From contig CAYMUP010000001.1 in the NCBI GenBank assembly GCA_964393815.1, positions 1 to 62,799 of the forward strand: a DNA stretch of 62,799 nucleotides, in the 5' to 3' direction. Below, one piece after another: positions 8,530-17,009 of this stretch. The DNA is from an uncultured Candidatus Saccharibacteria bacterium. Lineage in GTDB: Bacteria > Patescibacteriota > Saccharimonadia > Saccharimonadales > UBA4665. Position 1 is the stretch's first letter; each line of letters opens with the position of its first letter. The position numbers and the translations under genes were made by a program. The notes under the pieces are model-generated. The model saw nothing but the letters and a program-made list of their open reading frames with translations, was not told the DNA's origin and searched no databases.

Positions 8530-11496
8530 ATGGCTAATGCCGTATACGACGACAAAGACACTAATCTCGACGAACTAGAGAAAGCGTTTCATGCGCCGAG
8601 CGCCGAAACCTCTGGCTCAGATATTGCCCGTCAGCGAGAAGTCGATTCTCTCAACAACCAGTTCAATCACTCCCCAGACGAAGCAACGGAAACAAAAAAA
8701 CCACTAAAGTCAGATGACGCTGAAACCCTGAAAGACAAAGAAGAAACCCCCGATGACACAGTGGGAGAAGGTTACACTGGGGGAGGCAAGAAATCTGGTT
8801 CGGCTGCTTCGCGCATGCGAAACCGCTTTTTAAGATCGCCAAAGACAGTTTCTATCTTTGGAACCGGGGCACTCGTGCTCGGTGCCGGAACTTTTTTTGC
8901 TTTTATGTCTGCACCGCTCCTACAGATAGTCCATTACGCTAATATCCTACAAAACCCGATTAAGATTAGCGAAAACGCTAGCAACCAACGGCTTGGGCAC
9001 TTCCTGTGGGCACAGCGCTCAGTGGGCAAAGGCGGCGCAGGACAAAATGTCGTGGCTCGAACTAGAGTAAACGCTGTGGAATACAAAATGGTTAAGACGA
9101 TCAACGCGCGCATGGCCAAAATCGGTCTTACCTATGACTTTAGTGATCTTGGCCGAGTAAAAGGTATCACAATAGACATCTCCAAGCATCCTGACTACAA
9201 GTCACTTTCTGACTCTGGTGCTAGAGCCAAGCTTGCCGATGCGCTAAAGGTCTCGCCAGATCAAATAGAGCTGCCAAAACGAGGTGGTGTGCTCTTGAAA
9301 GTTGACGTCTCTAGACTGCCAATCAAGGTTCAGCGAAGCTTCTTCAAAGGTCAGGTCAAAACACTAGGAGAGGGGAGGGTAATCACTGCTTTAAATGCAC
9401 GTATTATTGGTAAATACCTAAAATTACCGCCAAGGTGGTTGCATCCTTGGGAAAATCAGAAGAAAAACCTAGGGAACGCATTACTTGAAACTAATACCTA
9501 TAAGAAGTTTAAGGCTTGGGAAGAAGAACGGCTGAAGGCCAAGTCGGCTCGCTCAGCAGCAGCAAAGGCTAAATTTGCAGAAGTAAGGGGTAAATTCTCG
9601 GCAAAAGCTGGGGTTGGGGGAGCAATCCTTGGTGGGCAAACAGTGTTGTGTGTCATTCGTGAAGCCGCAGAGAAAATTCCCGAAGCAAACCGAGCCAACT
9701 TTGTAGAGCCTGGGGTAGCATCAGCAGCAGACGCCATGGCTATGGGGTCACAGGTTGAGGCCGCTGATGACTTTAATGATGCTATGATATCTGCAACACT
9801 CGCAAACTGGACCGACAAGGACGGCAAGACACCTTTCCACGCCCAGGGAATTCATAATCTTGAGGGTAAGTCGGGTGGCACACCAGTAGATGAAGCTACC
9901 GCTAAAGCTTTCGACCCTGACAATAGCGCCTCAGCAATAACAAAAGTTCTTGACGAAAAACTTCAAGCAGACAGTATATGCAGTGGCGTTGGCCTGCTGA
10001 TTGGTGGGGTTGTTGGTATTAGTTTGATACTCTCCGGACCAGGCGGTTGGGCAATCAAAGCAGGTAGTGTAGCTGTAGGCGCCGCCACTGGCATAGCAGC
10101 AATTTCCCTTGTAATGAAATCTGTTGAGCATTTTCTCGTCGACGAGCCGCAGGAATTTATTGCCCACCAAGGTCCAGTAGGGGGTAACTTCGACGCACTA
10201 GGAGCCATCGAATTTGCAAACATCAATGGACGTGCGTCTGGTGGGGTTCGTCTAAACAACCAGCAAACGGCTCTACTCCAGCAAGAGGTATTTGATAATC
10301 AGTTATATGATTTTCAACAAAAAAGCTTTATTGCGCGCGTTTTCAACACAAGAGACTCTAAATCGCTAGCAGGTCAGGTTATCGATCAGGCACCGGTTAC
10401 AGCCAGTGAGCAGGTTGCCTCAGCAAAGCGCACGCTCTCAGATACACCCCGATTAGCTTATGCTGGTCTTGCCAATATATTTAGCAGTAAAAGGGTTAAG
10501 GCTGCACCCGTAGCGCCACTAATACCTTACTACGGTATGCCGGCGGGTACACTCGATCAGCCGGGGATGGGAGACCCGTATGAACTTGGCGACCACGTAG
10601 CTGACCTGCTTGATAGTTCAAAAGGCGGTGATCTGATAGAACATGCTTCTGTCTGCTGGGGAAATAAAATATCAAAAGAGAACGGTGTATGGGATGTGAA
10701 AAAAGATCGAGACGTCAACCCGGCATCTGCCGAGTTTCAAGAGGGGCACTGTGACGACTGGTCGGCCGATGTCCAGGCTATTAGTACCTGGATCGGCTAC
10801 GTCCACGACGCCGACGGATACCTTTGTGCGAACGCTACCAAAGAAGACACGGGTGATAGCTGCGACCGCGTGGGCGTCGGCACAGTCGCCTCAAGCGCTA
10901 CAGAGCAAACACCAGCAACGTTTAACCAAGATGATCTGCTCAAAGACTCCTCGAGTATGAATTGCCCAGCTGGCACCGAAGATTTGGGTGCTAATGGCGT
11001 CCAAGAGGGCTGGACGGGCGGCAATATGGTCAAGATCAGAGTTTGTGGTATACCTGGCATGAAAAACACCGGTGGGTCGCATGTTCCTGGTGACAATGGC
11101 AATGTCGTGGTAAATGTGCGCATAGCCGCAAACTGGCTAGCGCTTTTCAACAAAGCAAAAGCAGACGGTATTACGCTAGCAGCCGTCAGTGGTTTCCGTA
11201 CCTATGCCCAACAGGAGGCGCTTTGTCCATGTGACGGAGTAAATGTCGCCAAGCCAGGAACAAGCAACCACCAAATGGGTCTTGCGATTGACATAGCAGG
11301 CACAGGTATCATGGGAAGCAACTCGTCAAGCTGCACGCTCAGAGCGATCGACCCAAGTAGCAAAATATGGACCTGGCTCAACAACAACGCAGCCGCGCAG
11401 GGCATCAGGCAGTACACTAAAGAATCTTGGCACTGGGACCCAGACCCGACAAAATCCGGCAACCGCTGCGGCGGAGATGGGTCAATGAGAACATGA
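8530..11496 (+). CDS. membrane-anchored 988-aa protein with C-terminal M15 (VanY-like, LAS-fold) peptidoglycan peptidase domain
   Basis: RBS GAGGGTAGGA lies upstream of ATG 8530. TM helix VSIFGTGALVLGAGTFFAFMSAPLL plus a hydrophobic pair near aa 480-530. The last roughly 140 aa carry SGFRTYAQQ ... SNHQMGLAIDI ... ESWHWDP. Confidence 0.7.
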   Translation: MANAVYDDKDTNLDELEKAFHAPSAETSGSDIARQREVDSLNNQFNHSPDEATETKKPLKSDDAETLKDKEETPDDTVGEGYTGGGKKSGSAASRMRNRFLRSPKTVSIFGTGALVLGAGTFFAFMSAPLLQIVHYANILQNPIKISENASNQRLGHFLWAQRSVGKGGAGQNVVARTRVNAVEYKMVKTINARMAKIGLTYDFSDLGRVKGITIDISKHPDYKSLSDSGARAKLADALKVSPDQIELPKRGGVLLKVDVSRLPIKVQRSFFKGQVKTLGEGRVITALNARIIGKYLKLPPRWLHPWENQKKNLGNALLETNTYKKFKAWEEERLKAKSARSAAAKAKFAEVRGKFSAKAGVGGAILGGQTVLCVIREAAEKIPEANRANFVEPGVASAADAMAMGSQVEAADDFNDAMISATLANWTDKDGKTPFHAQGIHNLEGKSGGTPVDEATAKAFDPDNSASAITKVLDEKLQADSICSGVGLLIGGVVGISLILSGPGGWAIKAGSVAVGAATGIAAISLVMKSVEHFLVDEPQEFIAHQGPVGGNFDALGAIEFANINGRASGGVRLNNQQTALLQQEVFDNQLYDFQQKSFIARVFNTRDSKSLAGQVIDQAPVTASEQVASAKRTLSDTPRLAYAGLANIFSSKRVKAAPVAPLIPYYGMPAGTLDQPGMGDPYELGDHVADLLDSSKGGDLIEHASVCWGNKISKENGVWDVKKDRDVNPASAEFQEGHCDDWSADVQAISTWIGYVHDADGYLCANATKEDTGDSCDRVGVGTVASSATEQTPATFNQDDLLKDSSSMNCPAGTEDLGANGVQEGWTGGNMVKIRVCGIPGMKNTGGSHVPGDNGNVVVNVRIAANWLALFNKAKADGITLAAVSGFRTYAQQEALCPCDGVNVAKPGTSNHQMGLAIDIAGTGIMGSNSSSCTLRAIDPSSKIWTWLNNNAAAQGIRQYTKESWHWDPDPTKSGNRCGGDGSMRT

Positions 11497-12701
11497 GGAA
11501 ACGATTTCCCGGACTCGTATCTGTTGCGGTTGTAGTAGTGGTGGTTAGCGCCCTACCACATACCGCATATGCAGTACTGCCACCCGATCAACAGAGACTT
11601 ATCCGACAGCAAATCTACTACTACGACGCAGCTCCGGCCGCCAACTGTAGCGGGTCAAGCACCAGCCTGCCAAATGGCAACTCGGCCCAAAACGGCAAGG
11701 CGGTTTTCGACTTTTTAGTCTCCAAGGGACTCAAGGATTTTCAAGCTGCAGGGGTCGTGGGCAATATGGTTGCCGAGTCTGGCATATTGCCTCAGCGACT
11801 CGAGGGCACGGCAGCAGACAAAATTACCACCGCGGAAGATTATATCTCTAGAGGACTAAACGGAGGGTGGGGAATTGTCCAGTTTACGCCAGGCACAAAG
11901 TTTATTCTAGCCAAACATCCACAGGGGCAAAACCCGATGCACACCGTAGCAGAAGCCAACAATCTCGGTACGCAGATTGATTTCATCTGGCAACAACTAG
12001 AGGGTAAAACCTCGATCCCAGAGGCAAGGGCAGGCAAGCTTCTGATGGCTACCACGACGATCGAGGAGGCTACTACATCGTTTCAAAATGACTATGAGCG
12101 GCCTTATGATAAAGTCGGCTCGTTGCCACAACGTATCGCCAACGCTAAAACGGCCCTAGCAGCTTATGGCTCCGGCCAAACCACTACCGCTACTGCCGTC
12201 GCCGTTGGGGCCTGTGACAGCGGTGGTACGGGCGAAAACACCTCGCGCGATGGTTTTTCACTCCCTGTAGATCAAAAATTTTACGCGAGCAATCCAGATT
12301 GGTTCACAAAACCCCACCATGATTATCCTTCAGCAGACATACCCGTCCCGAGCAATTCTAAGATCTATGCAGTGGCAGCGGGGAAGGTCATCTCCGCGCC
12401 AGCTGGTGGAGCCTGCGGCAATGGTGTGATCGTGATGGGAGAAAACAACGTTCAGTATTTGTACTGCCATGGAAGCGACGGCGGCGCAGGCTCAAACCCA
12501 AAGGTGGGCGACATGGTCAAAGCAGGCCAAATGCTAATGAACTCTGACAACACTGGCCGCTCTACCGGGCCACACCTCCACTTAGGGATCAGGGTTAACG
12601 GCAAAGATGTATGTCCGCAGCCACTACTAAAAGCCCTTGGTGACAACGCCAGCACACTTCCTAAGGTTAGTTCACTACCATCGACAGGGTGTAGTTACTA
12701 G
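11493..12701 (+). CDS. secreted bifunctional cell-wall hydrolase: lysozyme-like domain plus M23/LytM peptidase
   Basis: Start placed at ATG 11493, which forms an ATGA overlap with the upstream stop. Signal-like MRKRFPGLVSVAVVVVVVSALPHTAYA. GVVGNMVAESG ... GWGIVQFT ... QIDFIWQQLEG ... FQNDYERP is phage-tail-lysozyme-like. C-terminal NSDNTGRSTGPHLHLGIRVNG is the M23 HxH motif. Confidence 0.72.
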   Translation: MRKRFPGLVSVAVVVVVVSALPHTAYAVLPPDQQRLIRQQIYYYDAAPAANCSGSSTSLPNGNSAQNGKAVFDFLVSKGLKDFQAAGVVGNMVAESGILPQRLEGTAADKITTAEDYISRGLNGGWGIVQFTPGTKFILAKHPQGQNPMHTVAEANNLGTQIDFIWQQLEGKTSIPEARAGKLLMATTTIEEATTSFQNDYERPYDKVGSLPQRIANAKTALAAYGSGQTTTATAVAVGACDSGGTGENTSRDGFSLPVDQKFYASNPDWFTKPHHDYPSADIPVPSNSKIYAVAAGKVISAPAGGACGNGVIVMGENNVQYLYCHGSDGGAGSNPKVGDMVKAGQMLMNSDNTGRSTGPHLHLGIRVNGKDVCPQPLLKALGDNASTLPKVSSLPSTGCSY

Positions 12702-12703
12702 CC

Positions 12704-14206
12704 ATGCAAAGCAATGGAAAACAAATCATAACTTCAAAAAGGCTATTCGTTTTGTTGCTACTGCTACTAGTAGGATTGTTGGTTATTTGGGTCTATAACC
12801 ATTCAGTGCTTTCTATTGAGGCAATTGGCAATAGCTCTAGTACAACAACCATCAAAGTTACAAACTCCGCCGGAGAAACCAAAACCTATCAATCAAAGTC
12901 CGGTAAAAAAACGCTACTTGTCAACAAAGGTGAATACGCAGTTGCGGTGATCTCGGGGAACAAAAGCGGCCTAACTAGCATTGAAACCAAAACCTTCCTG
13001 AGACGAAGCAGCGTCAAAGTCAAACTCAGTGACGAGTCCTCTAGGCGCTACGCCGCGTACAACCCAAGTCCTTGTATGTTCGGGGTAGGAGACGTGTTTT
13101 ACTCGATTGGTTGCGGCGATTATGGTACAAACATCGAACAGCAGCTCCCTGCCCGGGGCAACTTACCGCCCAGCACAACTTCTATCAGCAACTCAACACT
13201 GTACGACACCGTTCTTGCAGTTGCGCCACTGGACAGAAACACTGTGGCTCTATTAACAGAAAACAGCACCGACGAAGGCGCAGCCTATGGCCTGAAAATC
13301 GTTGATCGGTCACTGAGCACACTACGCAACATTAGCTTAAATGTAGGTAGAAATGTCTCGACATTGCAACTAACCCCCCTGTCCGCCAGCGAGATTATGG
13401 TCTACTCGCTTGACAGCGAAGCCGCCTGGCGTGTTGATGCAGTCTCCGGTGAAGTGAACGCCTTAGACCTCTCAACCAAAAATTCAGAGGGTATGACGCT
13501 GTCCGATGTTCGTAGCAATAGCGGCGTGATAGTCGCCCTTTATAGTGACGTTTCGAGAACAGACGCCCTAGAGGAAGACTCGCTTGCAAATGCAAATTCA
13601 ACACTCGTCGTATTAGATGATTCGGGGATGACAAGCTTCAAGGTAAGTGGTGGCTACAGGCAGGCGAGCGCGTGTGGTGAAGGATATATTTGCGCTGTCG
13701 ATTTCTATGGTCTACGCATATTCACCACAAACAAAACCATACACCAAACTGGTTTTATACCAAATGTGAAAGAGATCGTGTCGACCCCGAATGGTCCACG
13801 TTTTATAGACGATATCGGTGTTTTCACCTATGATCCGTCCGCTCAATCTGGTCACTACGAGTACTCTTTTGGACAATACAAGAGCTGTGGTACGCAGGCG
13901 ACATCAACCGGCTATCTACTATGCCTTATCACTCCCAAGCTAGAAAAGGTTGCACTAGCTATAGACCAAAACACTCCAGCCAAAGACCTTATCGATAAAC
14001 AAGTGCTAAAACTCCTTAATCACTCTGAGGTGGCAGGTGTCAACGCAGTGGGCAATGATCTATTTATCATCCCAAACTATGGAGAGGTGGATATGTTTGT
14101 GAAAAGCGCCCAAAAGCTCAAAGAAGTAAATAGCAAAATAACCACCATAATAAAAGACTCAGGTATAGACACGTCTGTCTACCGCGTGCGGAACGCTGCG
14201 GAGTAA
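12704..14206 (+). CDS. hypothetical N-terminally anchored extracytoplasmic protein (500 aa), last gene of the T4SS-like locus
   Basis: ATG lies 2 nt after the upstream stop. Single TM LFVLLLLLLVGLLVIWVY followed by about 470 aa rich in beta-type sequence. No motif recognised. Confidence 0.55.
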   Translation: MQSNGKQIITSKRLFVLLLLLLVGLLVIWVYNHSVLSIEAIGNSSSTTTIKVTNSAGETKTYQSKSGKKTLLVNKGEYAVAVISGNKSGLTSIETKTFLRRSSVKVKLSDESSRRYAAYNPSPCMFGVGDVFYSIGCGDYGTNIEQQLPARGNLPPSTTSISNSTLYDTVLAVAPLDRNTVALLTENSTDEGAAYGLKIVDRSLSTLRNISLNVGRNVSTLQLTPLSASEIMVYSLDSEAAWRVDAVSGEVNALDLSTKNSEGMTLSDVRSNSGVIVALYSDVSRTDALEEDSLANANSTLVVLDDSGMTSFKVSGGYRQASACGEGYICAVDFYGLRIFTTNKTIHQTGFIPNVKEIVSTPNGPRFIDDIGVFTYDPSAQSGHYEYSFGQYKSCGTQATSTGYLLCLITPKLEKVALAIDQNTPAKDLIDKQVLKLLNHSEVAGVNAVGNDLFIIPNYGEVDMFVKSAQKLKEVNSKITTIIKDSGIDTSVYRVRNAAE

Positions 14207-14209
14207 GCC

Positions 14210-15268
14210 CTAGCCCAGGGGGAGGATGGTGGCCTTGTCCATGAAGTGGTGGATGACGACGTCGGCGTCAGTGGTGGTTAGAAAGGTCTGATAGCGGTTC
14301 AGGTACGTCGTCAGGGCTTGGCGACGAGAACCGTCGAGCTCACTAAAAACGTCGTCGAGTAGTAGAAGGGGAGTCGTACTGGCCCTACCCCGCACATACT
14401 CTAGCTCAAAAACCTTGAGGGCGAGTATAAGCGTGCGGGTTTCGCCACGTGATGCCACCAGCGAAACAGGATTGTCGCCAAAAAACATCGCAAAGTCTTC
14501 TCGGTGGGGCCCACGTCCCGTAAACCCGCGCGCTACGTCGAGCGTCCGATGGGCGCTCAGCGCCTGCAAGAGGGCGCTGCTGTAGTTGTCGACCGGGAAA
14601 TAAGGCTGGTATTGCACGACGACTTTTTTGCTTTTATCTTTCGAGAGTTCGCCGTACAGCTCGTTCAACTGCTCGTTGACCGCCCCCACCAACTCAGCAC
14701 GCTCCCGCGCAATCACCGCACCAAGCTCACTAAGTCGCAGGTCCCAAGGGAAAAGCTCATGCTCGGACGGCGCTTTGGCCCGTTTCAACAAAGAGTTCCG
14801 CTGGGCAAGCACCCGTTTGTAGTTACGACGAAAGCCTTTAAACCCTGGTGAAGTCTGCTCAAGTATTTCGTCTAGGTAGCTACGACGTTGCTCGGGTGAT
14901 CCGTGAAGTAACTGTAGATGATTCGGTTCAAAAAGCACCACAGGTAGCTGCTGTCTTTCCGGGAGACGCTTGTAGTTGTGACCGCCAATTTCAAACGTTT
15001 TTTCAGACGCAGGGTTTACTACTATTTTTACCGTTCGCAGACTTTCGTCGGTTGTGTGGGCGTCTAGTCGTAGCCACTCGGCGCCGTGGCGAACCAGCTC
15101 GGCGTCTGCCACTCGGTACGAACTGCCGCGGGCGATGACGAGCAAGGCTTCGAGGAGATTTGTTTTACCGCTGCCATTTGGTCCGACCACTATGTTGACG
15201 CCGCTACCAAACTCAAATGTAACGTCTTCGTACGACCGAAAATGTTGCAGACGAATGTCACTAATCAT
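14210..15268 (-). CDS. recF: DNA replication and repair protein RecF
   Basis: MISDIRLQHFRSYEDV ... VGPNGSGKTNLLEAL (Walker A) ... LLLLDDVFSELD. Positioned after dnaN. Confidence 0.95.
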   Translation of the reverse strand: MISDIRLQHFRSYEDVTFEFGSGVNIVVGPNGSGKTNLLEALLVIARGSSYRVADAELVRHGAEWLRLDAHTTDESLRTVKIVVNPASEKTFEIGGHNYKRLPERQQLPVVLFEPNHLQLLHGSPEQRRSYLDEILEQTSPGFKGFRRNYKRVLAQRNSLLKRAKAPSEHELFPWDLRLSELGAVIARERAELVGAVNEQLNELYGELSKDKSKKVVVQYQPYFPVDNYSSALLQALSAHRTLDVARGFTGRGPHREDFAMFFGDNPVSLVASRGETRTLILALKVFELEYVRGRASTTPLLLLDDVFSELDGSRRQALTTYLNRYQTFLTTTDADVVIHHFMDKATILPLG

Positions 15269-15319
15269 ATGTTATAAGTGTATAGTTTTTAGTGATTGGT
15301 TTATAGGCTAAAAAGGTAA

Positions 15320-15367
15320 CTTCACTTGGGACGCCCGTTTCAACAGAGGCGGGTTTCACTTGGTTTC
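15320..15367 (-). repeat. dispersed dual-GTGAAA element, copy E (minus-strand orientation, 52 nt upstream of the recF start)
   Basis: The reverse complement reads GAAACCAAGTGAAACCCGCCTCTGTTGAAACGGGCGTCCCAAGTGAAG. The half-sites are 34 nt apart. Closest to copy D. Confidence 0.7.
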
Positions 15368-15635
15368 AAAATATCGAATATCGAATGCCGAATACCTAAA
15401 CAAAGTTTCAATGTTCTAAATCTCTAAATAATCTCGGCTTATGGTCGTCTCTAGGCGAACATAGTGAGTCGAAGGGTTTTCGCCTAAGGCGAAGTAGAAG
15501 ATAGTATGGGAAAAGCCAAAACGCAACCGTCCCAGGCTACCTAGCTGCATGTTTTCCATTCTTTGTTGTTTAGACATTCGATATTAGTAATTAGCGATTA
15601 GTCGACTTTAGAACCCCGATTCTTTGGGCCTCCGC

Positions 15636-16727
15636 CTATGATTTGAGGGGCATGATGATGTGTAGGTAGCTGGTGTCGTCGGGACTAGAAAGCAGCACCG
15701 CCTCAAGCTTGCCGTTGAAGCCAACTTGCACTTTTGCACCCTCGATCACCTGGAGCGCGTCAATCACAAATCGGGAGTTAAGCGTTATGGAGCCACTACC
15801 GACTGCTTCGACTTTGGCGGTGGCGTTGTTTTCCCCCAACTGTGAAGCCACGGCGCGCACCCATATACTCTCGCTGGCTTCATCAACACTCACCACCACG
15901 CTGCCGGCACTTTCACGCGCAAACAAGTTTGTAACCTTTACAATACTCGCGAGCTCACTGCGCGACATCGTCGCCTGAGTCGTGAAGCTTCGGGGGATAA
16001 GTTTACGATAGTCGGGATAGTTGCCGTCGATCAACCGTGCTACTAACTCGACCTCACTAGCCTCAAATTGGATCTGCTGGTCGTCGTGGGTAATCTGCAC
16101 TTCGCCAGTAAAATCATTGATAATACGCAGCACGTCGTGTAAGGCAGTCGCCGGCACCAGCACCCTTACTTCTTTATCGAGCTCCATAAGCTCTTTTTCG
16201 GCCAGGCGGTAGCTGTCGGTTGCAGCGGCGTAGAGTTTACCGTCAACCGTGTGGAGGAGCACACCAGTCAACACTGGTCGGCTGTCATCATTTGAGGCCG
16301 CAAAAATCACTTGCTGCAACGCCTGCTTTAGCACCGGTCCGGCGATGCTCCACGACACACCCTTTTCTACGCCCGGTACCACCGGGAATTCCTCGGCACT
16401 CATACCATTTATAACTGATTTATAACTGTCGGTGTTGATCTTGAGTCGCTGCTCATCTTGTTCTAGTTCGATCACGCCACTCGGCAACCCACTAATAAAA
16501 TCTTGAAACAAGCGGGCAGGGATGGTGATCGATCCTTCGGATTGCACCTGGGCACCCAGGTAGCTTTTGATAGCAATGTCTAGGTTGGTCGCCGTGAGGC
16601 TCAGCCGATTATCGGAAATTTTGAGTAGCACGTTGCCGAGAACAGGCAGGGTACCCCGCGAATTTGCAACCCTAGCCACCATAGAAAGGGCTCTTGCTAG
16701 GTTTTCTTGAGTGACCTTTAGTTTCAT
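15636..16727 (-). CDS. dnaN: DNA polymerase III beta sliding clamp
   Basis: 363 aa. MKLKVTQENLARALSMVARVANSRGTLPVLGNVLLK. Three-domain length. Sits between dnaA and recF. Confidence 0.92.
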   Translation of the reverse strand: MKLKVTQENLARALSMVARVANSRGTLPVLGNVLLKISDNRLSLTATNLDIAIKSYLGAQVQSEGSITIPARLFQDFISGLPSGVIELEQDEQRLKINTDSYKSVINGMSAEEFPVVPGVEKGVSWSIAGPVLKQALQQVIFAASNDDSRPVLTGVLLHTVDGKLYAAATDSYRLAEKELMELDKEVRVLVPATALHDVLRIINDFTGEVQITHDDQQIQFEASEVELVARLIDGNYPDYRKLIPRSFTTQATMSRSELASIVKVTNLFARESAGSVVVSVDEASESIWVRAVASQLGENNATAKVEAVGSGSITLNSRFVIDALQVIEGAKVQVGFNGKLEAVLLSSPDDTSYLHIIMPLKS

Positions 16728-16786
16728 ACACAGCTCCTTGTATTAATAATGTTTCTTGTACGTAATGTAGGGGTATTTATAGTGGG

Positions 16787-16860
16787 TGTGGAAAGAGTGG
16801 AAAAGCCAGGGAACACCACTGTTAGTTGACCAAAAAAGAGCGTGGAAAAGCCGTGGAACG
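16787..16860. promoter_or_regulatory. DnaA-box cluster in the dnaA-dnaN spacer (second half of a bipartite oriC)
   Basis: TGTGGAAAG 16787-16795, AGTGGAAAA 16796-16804, CGTGGAAAA 16841-16849 and CGTGGAACG 16852-16860. All are the complement orientation of TTWTCCACA-type boxes. Confidence 0.6.
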
Positions 16861-17009
16861 GACGGTGAAAAATGTGTGCAGAACCAGATAGTTTGTACAC
16901 ATTTTTTATGAGGGTATAGAAGGACTTGCGGAAAATCTTTGCCGTAGAGGGTGCTTTATGCACCACTTTGTCCTCAGGCACTCCACAGCGGCTGGTCCGG
17001 GGGCAGCGC

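Noticed and set aside
11427-11492. Track start at 11427 for the lysozyme/M23 gene (22 extra N-terminal residues MALGPRPDKIRQ...).
   Set aside because: The extension overlaps the upstream gene by 70 nt and precedes a clean signal peptide. ATG 11493 gives the classic ATGA stop-start overlap instead. For similar reasons I moved starts for 34098 to 34122, 35140 to 35146, 36965 to 36974, 46467 to 46434 and 50497 to 50476.
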